Shown one piece after another: positions 37,142 to 49,779 of a stretch of 64,000 nucleotides of DNA (positions are counted from its first letter, which is position 1; each line of letters opens with the position of its first letter). The notes beneath the pieces are model-generated. The model was not told where the DNA came from. It saw only the letters and a list, made by a program, of their open reading frames with translations, and searched no databases. A program made the position numbers and the translations under genes. The DNA lies in contig CM059432.1 of assembly GCA_030390025.1 (NCBI GenBank), positions 37,016,001 through 37,080,000 of the forward strand, given 5' to 3'. Source of the DNA: Squalus acanthias (Eukaryota).

Positions 37142-37468
37142 GTACGAATCTCATCTGATACGGTAATAGGCTGAGAGATGATTTGGGGGTTGGAGGTGCT
37201 TCACAATTGAGCTCCATTGTTTCTTCACCTGTTGAAAAAGTGTACTTACAAGCAGGGATAACTACATGGTGATTAGGAGAATGAATCCTGGCTGATGGCG
37301 TGCAGTTTATCTATTTAATGGGAATTAATTAACATTTTTCTGTGAAGTGAAGTGGGTAAGCAGCAGGACTCTATGGCTGAGGCTGATGTGCACAAAGATA
37401 GAATTACTTCTTTAAGAAATTACATTAACAATATAGTAAGTGTTCTAAGACTTTGCTGCATTTCTTAG

Positions 37469-37550
37469 GAGAAGATTCGATCTGCAAAATCCATCCAGAA
37501 TGGATCGTAATGTAGAAATGTTTATGACGATAGAAAAGACACTGGTGCAG
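37469..37550 (+). CDS. SMARCC1: SMARCC1 coding exon 4
   Basis: Acceptor ttcttAG. Encodes (W)[27 protein letters not shown]. Donor GTACGT. 82 nt. Confidence 0.95.
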
Positions 37551-38830
37551 GTACGTATCTCATCTGATAAAGTAAAATCTACGTGCAGGGCTTTGGTAGC
37601 ATGCCTTTTTCTGATTCACAAGGTTGTGGGCTCAAACTCCACACCAGGACTTGAGCCCATAATCTAGGTTAATAGTGCGATACTAAGGCAATGCTGCTTT
37701 GCCAGAGCTGCTATCTTTTGAATGTAACATTAAACATTGGTGCTATGTCTGTCTGCTTTTGTGATTCAGGTTCATGTTTAGGATTCCTTGATGGCACTCT
37801 TAGGAGCAGGGAGTTCTCCTGGAGCCTTGGCCAACATTCCCCCCATAACCAACACCTAACGAGCAGATTTGTCATTTCATCAGACTTGGCTTTCGATGCA
37901 GCTCAGTTGGAGGTTTAAAGTGTGTGTGAGAGATGTACCTAACTGGTGTGATAATTTTGATTTAGATTTTAATAACCCATCAGTGAACTTTTTTGCTGTA
38001 TACTGGTGGTTGTGCTGAGTAGCTTCAACTGCATATATTTGTTTTTCTCTCCTCACTTTGCCTGCTGAAGGTGTTGGCTCCCCTGCTGATTGCAGTTTCA
38101 GCTATAGTGGTTGCTCCCGGTACATCACTCAAAAAAAAAAAAATCCATGTGTGATCCATGATGAGAATCGCTAAGTCTTGGACTCTCTGGGATGTTAATT
38201 CCAAGTCTTTACCGCAGAAGTTACTGGATAGCAATAATGCAGCAGAATTCCCTCTCTCTCCTCCCTTTGCAATCTAAATTAAACATACCAGTAATCTTTT
38301 ACTGTAGAAAATGTAACAATTTTCTGGTGACCAGCTGCATATTATTGATAAACTTAGTGCGAATGGCAACTGGTAGACAGTCAGGACTGAAACTGAGCCC
38401 CTCACCCATATTATGGAGTGGGGAAGAAGTACCCCAGTGAGTTTAGAGCCATGTAGTCAGTAAGGTTCAGATAAAATGCTCGAGCTTCTTGCTCAGGTCC
38501 TCGACTAGCTGTGGTAATGTAGAGGGAAAAATCGCATGTGGCAGTGCTGATGGTTAGTCATTAAGGAGTCTAAATGACGGTGAAGGAAACTGCAACACTT
38601 AATGGTCATGGCAACTTTTGAGATTGCAGGCTTCTAAGAATAGACTTTTGTATCTGATTTGATGTGTATGTAGGGGAGTTTGGGTGGGTGGTTGCTGTGG
38701 GTCTTGGAATTTTTCCACCCATTAAGTTGCAATGCAGATGGTGTGTTTATACAGATGTGATGTTGGCACCAGAAATGGCTCCTGTATGAATGCTCTAGTA
38801 CAACATTACAATAAAATGTTTATTTTGCAG

Positions 38831-38923
38831 AACAACTGTTTAACAAGACCCACAATCTACCTCTCTCCTGACCTTGACCAGAAGCTTGCAAATAAATGGA
38901 AAGATATTGTTAAAAGGCATCAG
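38831..38923 (+). CDS. SMARCC1: SMARCC1 coding exon 5
   Basis: Acceptor ttttgcAG. Encodes NNCLTRPTIYLSPDLDQKLANKWKDIVKRHQ. Donor GTATGC. 93 nt. Confidence 0.95.
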
Positions 38924-40761
38924 GTATGCATATTTTCTATCCAGTAGATATTTGATTTCTTCAGACTTCACATGCTCCCTGTGTCATGATTTTTGTTGCA
39001 TGTTGTGACGCTGAACATTTGGCAGTGCCTGAAGTCGCACCTAAAAGTAATTACAATTGTTTTTAATGGTCAGTGTCTACTTCCTTTATTACGACACTGC
39101 AATATGTATCTTGCTCGCTTTTGTCTTCAGACTTTGCCTGCTGTGTGTATTTTAAGAAAAAACATAAAGGAAACTGCTTGAAGCCTTTAAATCCTTTTTG
39201 GCATGTTTCTTCTGACTTTACTAGTTTGTTACCTGAAATATGCTGAGGGGTTCATAGTTTTTGTTTCTTGAGCTTCCGATTAAAAATAAATAGTGGGATG
39301 TTATTTTGCCACCTGTCCACTTGAAGTGTGTTTTTAAAAGAAAGTCAGGAGAGCATTTGGACCCTTGCACTCTTTCCAATTATGTTGTTCCGCTCACATT
39401 TGACTCTGCTAATTGTGATCTGGTTTTCCCATATTTTTCCCCTTATGCTCCTGATAATGAATTGGCAGAACACCTGTGCCATTCCTGTTCGGCCTGCAGG
39501 TGGTGCTGTGATGAGCTCTTCAATGGTCACTTTAAAAAAAAAGACTGAACGCTAGTTCACTTGAAATTTAAGACTGAGATTGTAGATTTTTGTTTAAGGG
39601 TATCGAGGGATATGAAGCAAAGGTGGGCAAATGGAGTTGAGGATCAGATCGGCTGTGATCTAATTTATGTTTAATCAGCTACTCTTAGTGTCTTGTGCGA
39701 CTACTAGGATGACTGAAGGCGAACTAGATGGATCTTGGTCTTTCTGCATCTCTCATTTCCTATGTTCCGAATTGAATGGCGGAACAGGCTGGAGAGGCTG
39801 TACCTGTGTCTCGTCCTCTGTTGCAGTGGAGACCTATTTTTTTTTTTATGTGGCTCTTGTCATCTGTTGTCAGAACATTTCTCTTCTGTCGGCCCAAAAG
39901 ATGCACCGAGCCAGTTTCTTGTATTTAGATGCATTTGTCATGCTAGCACAGAGATTACAAAGATGAGTTCAGATGAGGGAGGGTGTTCCTTTCTAGCTCA
40001 AGCTACAAACTGGTTCAAAGTGGCCAAACACAAATTTGGGACTGATGTTGGGAAGTTCTTCACATTGTCATAAGCATATGGAATGGATTTCCTGATGAGA
40101 TAATTAAGGCAAAAACCCTGTAATAATTTAAGTAAGTTATGATGGGGAGGGACTGTAGATTAATTGTGGATGGATGAGCTAAGATGGGTCAAATAGCATT
40201 CCTTGTCTCAGATCGTTACAGATAAGGGAAACTATTTGAGCCATCCGGCTCACAACCTCCTCCCACTCAATCATCGCATCCAACTGCCTCATCAATGATC
40301 ACTACGCAGAGAGCATGCCAGGTATAAATCAGTCTTGATCTTGTCTTTACTGGTTTGTACCTATGTTCCCTCATTCTGCAGTCATGGTTTAACTTGAAAC
40401 CGTGCTCTGGATTAGCTTTTTCCCTTACTCTTAGCACCTTGTATATCTCTAAGATCCCCTCTCATTCACCACATTTCAAGGCTGAAGGGTCCCAAGCATT
40501 TCTAACCTTTCTTCAGAGATACAGGACAGTCCTAGTGTCCATGTCTGCACCCTGCCTTTATTGAGCTGTGGGGACAGCTGTAACAGTATTCCTGACAAGC
40601 AGAGCCTACAAGTGTCATTTCTTGTATGATTCGAAGGCATAATATACCCAATCCTTTCGGGGTGTTGCCAACTCGCTCATCTTGTAAGAAGCATATAAAT
40701 AATTAGTGCCATGCAAGTTTTGTTTTGTACTGCTAATATATCCCTACTTTTGCTCACCCAG

Positions 40762-40831
40762 GGAACAATTACAGAAGACAAATCGAAAGGCTCCCATTTA
40801 ATTTATCCTATTCCTAGCTCTCTGGATGAAG
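40762..40831 (+). CDS. SMARCC1: SMARCC1 coding exon 6
   Basis: Acceptor cccAG. Encodes GTITEDKSKGSHLIYPIPSSLDE(E). Donor GTAAGA. 70 nt. Confidence 0.93.
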
Positions 40832-40920
40832 GTAAGAAATCACACCCAATTCCTTCCAGTGTTGTTAAGGCATAAGTTTGCAGATTTGTTCCGGTTCTTC
40901 ACCCAAATAGTCACCTACAT

Positions 40921-41081
40921 CAGCGTTTCCCAACCTGTGGTCCGCGGACCACTGGTGGTCCGCGAGGGTACTGCAGGTGGTCCGTGAAAAAAAAAATATA
41001 AGTTTGACTCCCGTCAGCCATAGGCTGTTAATTTTTTAAACGGCTGGTGGTCCGCATGAAGGAAAAGGTTGGGAACCGCTG
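40921..41081. mobile_element. hAT (Charlie-like) MITE, 161 bp
   Basis: TIRs CAGCGTTTCCCAACCT / AGGTTGGGAACCGCTG. Perfect 8-bp TSD ACCTACAT (40913-40920, 41082-41089). Internal GTGGTCCG repeats. Confidence 0.9.
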
Positions 41082-41238
41082 ACCTACATAATATTTGCAT
41101 GTCTGCATATTCTCTCTGAAATGAAGGATTTTCCATTGCTCCTTGGTTTGGAAGACATTAAAAAGATAAATTTGCAGAGCTCTTTTGACCTGTGTGTTTC
41201 TCTTTCTGTGATCGATCTTAAAACATTTTCTGTTGCAG

Positions 41239-41308
41239 AGGAGTGGTTGAGACCTGTTATGAAGCGAGAAAAGCAAGTCCTGGTGCATTGGGGAATGTTC
41301 CCAGACAG
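41239..41308 (+). CDS. SMARCC1: SMARCC1 coding exon 7 (chromo-like region)
   Basis: Acceptor gttgcAG. Encodes (E)[22 protein letters not shown](S). Donor GTATGT. 70 nt. Confidence 0.95.
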
Positions 41309-42609
41309 GTATGTGTTGGTGAGACTGTTGCAGAAATACTGGCAGATAAAAAACATAGCATCATAGAATTTTACAGCTCAGAAGAAGGCCATTCACCCCA
41401 TCATAGCTGTGCTGACTAAGCCATCTATCCACTTTGCCCATTTCTCCATACCTGTTTAATTTCCCCCCCCAAATATTTATCATCTACTCTTGAGAGCTAT
41501 TATGGATTCTGCTTCCAAATGTTTCTGCCAGGTTATTTCCTATCCTATTCCTCCGTACTTGTATAAAGAAAATGTTGCCAGACTCTGGAGGGCATCACTG
41601 CAGGACATAATCCAGCTCTATCTATGTCGACAAATGTTCACTGGATAATGGTCAGATGAGTAAGATTATTTGGCCCATTTGAATTCATCCATCCAGTATG
41701 ATTTGAAAGTCTCCCCTCCCTCTTCTTCTCCTCCTCCTCATCCTCCCGCGCCCCCCCCCCACCAATTTGAAGAAGAGCAGGAGAGTTCTCTCCGTGTCCA
41801 GACCAATATTTATTCCTGAACCAACATCAGTAAAAACAAATTATCTGGTCGTGTATCCCATTGCTGTTTGTGGGACCATGCTGCCGTGTTTCCCAACATT
41901 ACAACAGTAACTACATTTCAAAAGTGCCATATTGGCTGTAAAGCGCTTTGGGCGATTGAGATTGTGAAAAGCACTATATAAAATACAAGTCCTTTTTTCA
42001 AGGTTTTTTTTGTTCTAATTGGGCCTTTGCAAGTGGGGATCAGCACACTTGTTTGTACTCCTTACAATGCTTGAGTGATCCCTATGACTTGGTGACTAGA
42101 TTTGGACACAGTGTTCAAGGTGTGGTTCAACCTGTTTGATCATGAGTTCCTCTGACTTGTGTTCTACTGTTTTGGCTATGTAACCTCAACTTACATAGCA
42201 TTTTTACTGTTGGAAAATGTCCCAAGGTGCTTCTGTACTTCAAAGTTTTGGCTTTGTTGATTGCCAGCTCTACTTAGGTTGAACACGTTAAGAGTTAATT
42301 TTAACACCAAGGTTTTTATCAATTGATTTTCTTTCCCTGCTTCTTCTACCCACCCCCCCCCCTCCCCCCATTGCAGCTGAGCCTTGATTCCTGAGGCAAA
42401 TTGTAGGGCCCCAGTACAGACTGTGAATTGAGTCTGATAGCTTCTAGTCTGAGCTTATACCCACTTAGCCATTGGGAAAAATGTAAATTCGAAGCCATCA
42501 AATTAAATCTTTCACATTGAAAAATGTATTTAGATTTGGGTCTCTTGTTTGAAATACTTTAATACTCGCAATTCTGCCCTGAAGGCACAGAAAAGTTGGT
42601 TCCTTAACT

Positions 42610-45600
42610 AGCTGAACCGGGGAAGAAGTGGGCCGGGGCGGGTGGTCGGGTTAGCTGTACTAATTAGAGATGGCATAATGCAGTCGAAAAAAGGGATATA
42701 ACTCGCAATAAGATAAAAACAGAATCTGTATGGATTGAAATAAAGGATAAGTAGGGGGTATTCTATGGACTGGCTAATAGTGGAAGTGGAGGAAGAAAGC
42801 AAATTTATGAAATGAGTAAAATGCATAGAACAATAATCATGTGAGATTCCAACTATCCCCAAAAAAACTCGTAAGAGGAGGTCGGGAAGGGAAAACGGGA
42901 ATGGAGCTTTGTGTGTTCAGGGTAACTTTCTTACCCTGAATGTGAGCTGCCCAACAAGAGAGGATCACTGCTAGATCTAGTAATAGGAAATGAGCCAGAG
43001 CAGATAAGCAAAGTGAGTGTAGGGGAACACCTAGGCAATAGCCATCACAACATTATTAGGTTTAGAATAATGATTGAGAAAGACATAAGTAAGACAAAGA
43101 CCAAAGTAATAGATTGGGGAAAAAAGCTCAATTTGAGGGGATGATAATGGAATTAGGGAAGGTAAAATGTTTTTTTTTGACAGATGGAACAGCAGTGGGA
43201 AATATTTAAAAAGGTGATCAATAGAATTCTGGAGAAATTTTCTAAAAAGCAAGAACAAACTAGCCATTAATGAAACACCATGGTGAAATAAAGAGAGGAG
43301 GGTAAAATCGATACTGAAGAAAAAGGCATACACGAAGTATATAGACAATAACGGAGAGCATGACAAAAGAGAACATGAAGAGGTAAGGGAAGAAGTCAAA
43401 AACAATTGGGAAAGCACAAAATTAAATCATCAAGGAATATAAAAAGAAATAGTAATGTATTCTACAGACATAAATAATAAAAGAAAAATCAGGATGGGGC
43501 CACTAAGGGATGCACAAGATAAACTCGTAGGTAATGGCAGCAAAATATTGAATCGTTACTTTCACTCCGTATTTACTAGGGAGACTAACCTGGTGGACAT
43601 GGCATGAGAAGAGATCAAAAAAGATATCAAGGCATTTAAGATAGAAAGGGTAGAGATAATTGAAATGTAGCAAATTTTTGATGATAGAACCTAGTCCAGA
43701 TGGATTGCATCCATGCATATTAAAATAAATTAGCGGAGAGATAGCAGAGACACTATTACGTACATTAAAAAATTCATTAGAAAAGGGAATAGAGAACTGG
43801 CCAGCAGCTAACGTGATTCCTATATTTAAAAAGGGAGATAGAACAAGTCTAGGGTACTATAGACCAATTAGTTTAATGCTGGTGGTAGAAAAGATAATGG
43901 AATCTTTACTCAAAGATTTAATAGAAAAACATCTGGAAACCAAAAATACAGTAAAGAACAGTCAATTTGGATTTCAAAAGGGGAGGTCATGCTTGACCAA
44001 CCTTATTGAATTCTTTGAAGAAATAACAACCAGGGTAGTGCAGCAGTTGTACTGTATGGATAGCAAGCTGACTACAAAACAGAAGGGTAGTTACTCATGC
44101 TGGCAAAAGGTGGGAAGTGGTGTTCCGCAGCAATTGGTGCTGGGACCACTGTTCACCAATTATAGAAATGATTTGTACTCTGGAATCTGAAGTACAATTT
44201 GAAAATTTGAGGATTAGACTAAGTTGGGGGGTAGAGTTAATTCTGAGACTGCGACAAAATATAGGAGACATAGTGTCTTAAACGGAGTGCACTTAGTGAG
44301 TATTAGCTGTAAAAAGTGAAATTTAGTTAAACACTTTGAATTTAACTTTTAACTGCTGATTTTAAAGTTCTAAGAAACTGCCTACCAGCGGCAGTTATCA
44401 GTCAGCTGTAAGTGTTTGTCTTGAATAGGTTCTAATTACTGTGAGCAGGGAGCTGAGAAAGCACTTGTAACTTGTGTGTGGCAACTCGAGGAACTTCAGC
44501 TCAGAGTTGTTGAGCAGGAGTCCGAGGTGCAGACATTACAGGGCATCAGGGAGGGGGGAAGAGTTATCTGGACACGTTGATCCAGGAGGCAGTCACACCC
44601 CTTAGGTTAGGTAGTAGTACATATCTGGTTGGTGGTCAGGGACAAGAGGGTATGACTGCAACTCAGGCAGCTAAGGGGACCCCAGGTGCAGTGCTGGTGG
44701 AGCCTCGGCCTTTGCCCTTATCCAACAGGTATGAGGTTCTTGCTGCCGGTGTGGATGAGGGCAAAGTCTGCAGCGTTGATCAGCAAACTGACCACGGCAC
44801 CATGGTGCAGGAGGCCATTCAAGGGAGGGGGGGCGGAGAGAGACTGAAAAGGAATGTTGTGGTATAGTCAGAAGTATAGATACTGGTCTCGGCAGCTGCA
44901 ACTTGGAGTTCCGAAGGCTGTGTTGTCTGCCCAGTGCCAGGATGAAGGATATCTCCTCGTGGCTGGAGAAGAATTTGGAGTGGGATGATTCAGTTGTCAT
45001 GGTCCACGTAGGAACCAAAGACATAGGTAGAACTAGGAATGAAGTTTTGCTGAGAGTTTGAGGAGCTAGGGTCCAAATTAAAAAGCAGAACCTCAAAGGT
45101 AATCTCTGGATTGTTACCTGAGCCACGCGCAAATTGGCATAGGGACAAGCAAATCAGAGTTAAATGTGTGGTTCAGAGAGTGGTGTGGGAGGAAGGGGTT
45201 TCAATTCATGGGGCACTGGCAACAGTACTGGGGAAAGAGGAAGCTGTTCAGTTGGGACGGTCTCCATTTAAACCAGGCTAGGACCAGTGTCTTGGCGAAT
45301 CGAATAACTAGGGCTTTAAACTAAAAAGGGTGTGTGGGGGGGGGGGGGAGTTTTTAAATCTAAAGAGATAAGTCAAGGCAGTGGAGCGATTTGGGCAAAG
45401 ATAAGCAGGAAGGGACAGAGATGAAAGCAGGGAATAATGGTAAACGGTTAAAACTAAAGGCTCTTTACCTGAATGCATGAAGTGTTGGTAACAAGATAGA
45501 CAAATTAGTGGCACAAAAGTGATGAATGGATATGATCTAATAGCCATTACATATGATCTAATAACCATTACAGAGACATGGTTGCAAGGTGACCAGGGTT

Positions 45601-48250
45601 GACAACTAAATATTCCAGGGTTCCTGACGTTCCAAAAATACAGGCAGACTGGAACAGGATGAGGGGGTAGCCCGGATAATATAAGGACAATCGTGAGAAA
45701 GGATCTTGGCTTCGAAGATAAGGAAGTAGAATGAGTATGGGTGGGGATAAGAAATAATGAGGGGCTGCAAACAATGGTGGGAGTTATCGGCTCCCTACCA
45801 GTAGCTATACCATTGGAGAGAGTATTATTCAAGAAATACTAGGAGCTTGTAACGAGGGTAATACAATAATCGTGGGGGACGTTAATCTGCATATAGATTG
45901 GGCAAATCAAATTGGCAAGGGTAGTCTGGAGGTCGAGTTCATATAATGTATTGGAGACAGTTTCCTCGAACAATAAGTCATGGAACCAACAAGGGAACAG
46001 GCTATTTTAGATCTTGTGTAGAGACAGGGTTAATTAGTATTCTTTTAGTGAAGGTTCCTCTCGGGAAGAGTGATCATAATATGCCAAAATTTAACATGAG
46101 TTTGAAACTGACATTCTTAAGTCCGATACTAGAGTCTTAAACTTAAAGCCAATTACGTAGGTATGAGGGGCGAGTTGGCTAAGGTAGATTGGGAAATTAG
46201 AATAAAAGATATGACGGTAGATAAGCAGTGGCAGTCATTTAAAGGAATAATCCAAAATTCTCAACTAATATACATTCCATGAAGAAATAAAAACTCCACG
46301 GGAAAAGTGATTCATCCGGGGCTAACTAAAGAAGTTAAGGCTAGTATTAGATTAAAAGAGGCTTATAATGTTGCAAAGAATAGTAGTAAGTCTGAGGATT
46401 GGGAGAGCTTTAGAAACCAGCAAAGAATAACCAAAAAATTGATAAGGCAGAGAATAGAATGAGTGAATTGGCAAGAAATATAAAAACAGCTTGTAAGAAC
46501 TTCAAGTATGTAAAAAGGAAGAGAGCAGTAAAAGTAAGCATTGGTCCTTTAGAGGGTAAGAGAGGAGAAATTATGTTGGGGAACCAGGAAATGGCAGAGA
46601 CTTTAAACAAATATTTTGTACCTGTCTTCATAGTAGAAGACACAAAAAGTATACCAAAAGTAGAGGGGAACCAAGGGAATAATGAGTGAGGAACTTGAAG
46701 TAATTAATATCAGTAGAGAAAAAGTACTTGAGAAACTAATGGGACTAAAAGCCGACAAATCCCCTGGACCTGATGGCCAACATCCTAGGGTTCTAAAAGA
46801 GGTGGCTGCAGAGATAGTGGATGCATTGGTTGAGATCTTGCAAAATTCCCTAGATTCAGGAATGTTCTCAGCGGATTGGAAGGTAGCAAATGCAACCCCG
46901 CTATTCAAGAAAGGAGAGAGAGAGAAAATCGGGAATTACAGGCCAGTTAGCCTGCATCAGTCATCGAGAAAATGCTGGAATCCATTATTAAGGAAATGGT
47001 AACAGGGTATTTAGAAAATCATCATATGATTTGGCAGAGTCAACATTCCTTTAATTATAAAAGGGAAATCGTGTTTGACAAATTTTAGTTTTTTCAGGAT
47101 GTAACTCGCAGGGTGGATAAAGGGGAACCAGTGGATGCAGTATATTTGGATTTCCGAAAGGCATTCGATCAGGTGCCAAGTAAAAGGTTGTTGAGCAAGA
47201 TAAGGGCACATGGGGTTGGGAGCAATGTATTAGCATGGATAAAGGATTGGTTAACGGACAGAAAAGAGAGTAGGGATAAATGGGTAATTTTCAGATTGGC
47301 AGGCTATAACTAGTGGGGTGCTGCAAGGATCAGTGCTTGGGCCTCTGCTATTTACAATCTATATTCGTGACTTAGATGAAGGGACCGATTGCAATGTATA
47401 TAAGTTTGTTGACGATACAAAGCTAGGTGGAAAAGTAAGATGTGAGGAGGATGCAAAGAGCCTGCAAAGGGATATATTAATTTCAAGACTGTTAAGTATG
47501 TGGTGGTGCATTTTTGTAGGAAGTACATGGAGGCCACATACTTATTGGAATGTAAGTGTTTAAATGAGGCAGATGAGGATCTAGGGGTACAGATTCACAA
47601 ATCATTCGAAGTAGTGACACAGGTTAAGAAGGCCTTAAAAAAAAAAAAGGTAAAGAAAGCACTGGGGTTCATTTGTAGAGGGAAGTAGTTGAAAAGCAGA
47701 GAAGTTAGATTAAACTTGTATAGAACCTTGGTTGGACCACATTGCACAGTTCTGGTCTTCATATTATAAAAAGGATATAGAGGAGCTGGAGGAGGTGCAA
47801 AAATTATTTACAAGGATGATAGCAGAACTGAGGGTATACCTATCAAAGATGGAACAGGCTGGGGCTCTTTTCTAGAGAGAGAGAGAGAGGTGACCTGATA
47901 GCGGTCTTTAAGATTATGAAAGGGCTTGATTGGGTACACTTAGATATTTTCACTTGTAGATGAGACCAAAACTTGGGGCCATAAATACGAGTTACTAATA
48001 AATCCAAAAGGGAATTCAGGAGAAACTTTACCCAGAAGTGTTGTTAGAATGTGGATTCACCACCACAAGGAGTAGTTGAGGCAATTAGCATAGATGCATT
48101 TCAGGGGAAGCTAGATAAGTACATGAAGGAGAAAGGAATACAAGGATATGGTTAGATGATGAGGGGTTGGTAGGAGGCTTGTGTGGAGCGCAAATAGCGA
48201 CATAGACCAGTTGGCCCGAATGGCCTGTTTCTATGCTGTACCTTTTATGT
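42610..48250 (+). mobile_element. Cluster of degenerate CR1 LINEs, including one with ORF1 remnants (~44440-45330) and ORF2 (~45450-47470)
   Basis: Motifs PLSNRYEVL, VHVGTKDIG, PGPDGQHPRVLKE, YLDFRKAFD and FVDDTK, with many stops and frameshifts. Confidence 0.8.
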
Positions 48251-49779
48251 AATGAAGGGGGAGCATCCAATTCTTGTGTGATAATGGTCCTTGTTCACCT
48301 TAAGTTTTTTGTAAAAAGACTTGCATTTATATAGCATCTTTCATGACCATCGGATGTCCCAAGCACAAAGCAATGAAGTAGATATTTTTTTGAAGTGTAG
48401 TCACTTGTAAAATAGAAAATTTGATGATTATTTGGTTCGTTCATTATCGTTCGTGCAGTATAAATTGTATCGAATGGCCTTCTATCGTACATCCATAATC
48501 TTGTATATTAGTGCTTAGGAGTAATCATTGCATTACAAAATGCAGTAACTACCTCAAGGCCAGGTTCTGTTATTAGTGCACGTGGCTTTGTTGAAGAGGG
48601 AGGTTAGAAAACTGTTGAGGTTTATGTGTATCTTTGAACTGCAGAAGAGTGGATAAGTTAATTAACATGAACAATTGTAGTATTTTTATGATGTGGTTGG
48701 TCATGTTAAAGGTTCTGTATCACTATTGAAAGAGGAGCAGAGAGTTCTTTTGTAGCCAAAATTCCTTTTCAACTAGCTGTTTGTGGGAGGTTGTTGGTGC
48801 AGAGTAGTACCTGCTGCATTTGCTTTATCACTGTACTCCAGAATGCATAATTGTAAAGCACAGTTTTATATTTGACTACTTTTGATGTGTTATAATGTGC
48901 CATTTCCGAGTAGTTCTTCACCGTTACACCTTGGGGCATGGAACCTCCGGAAGGATATATTGGCCAAGTAGTGGTTAAAGTACAGATTCACCAGACTGGC
49001 TTAAAAGGTTGAGGACAGGTTACATTAACTTGGCTTCCTTGAATTTAGAAGATTGAAGATGGATCTGATCAAGGTATTTAAAATGATAGATATTCGATAG
49101 GGTAGATGCAGAGGAACTATTTCCTCTGGTGGGGGAATCGAGAACACTGGGGCATAATTTTAAAATTAGAGCTAGTCTACCAGGAGTGAAATCAGGAAGC
49201 ACTTTTTCCACAAGAAAGGTAGTGAAAGTTTGGAACTTGCTCTGCCCAAAAGGCTGTGGATACTGAGCCAATGTAAGTTTTCAAAATTGAGATGAGATCG
49301 ATTTTTGTTGGGTGATGACAAGTGGGTAAATGGAGTTAAGGTCCAGATCAGCCATGATTTGATTCAGTGTTGGAACTGGCTCGAGGAGCTGAATGATCTA
49401 CTGCTATTCCTTTGTTCCTACCATTTGCAACTGTATGAGACAGCAGCCTTTATACTGCTATTCAAATTTTACAACCTCCAGATTTTTGTTTACTGCTCGA
49501 GAGGGTTTAATTTATATGCTTCAGCATTGAGTTAAAATTAAGAGCAGAGAAGCTGTAAAATTTAATCTGTTTATAGCCACTCTACTTCACTAGCTTTTAT
49601 TTACTTGGTCTCCATGGGGAGAAGCATTGCATTGAATGGTAGAAAAAATAACTTGCAATTGTGTAGCACCTATTGTATCTCTGAAAGGTCTTGAAGTAGT
49701 TCAATTACTTGGAAGTAGAATGATGGTCATGGAAGCAAAATTGGCAGCCATTTCAAAAAAAAAAGAAATGTGGTAAGAA

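Noticed and set aside
38732..38947. Stand-alone ORFs overlapping exons 5 and 7 (also 41121-41366)
   Set aside because: Only the splice-bounded parts match SMARCC1. The rest is intronic read-through.
45529..45571. 21-bp tandem duplication ATATGATCTAATA(G/A)CCATTAC
   Set aside because: Ordinary slippage inside a dead CR1.
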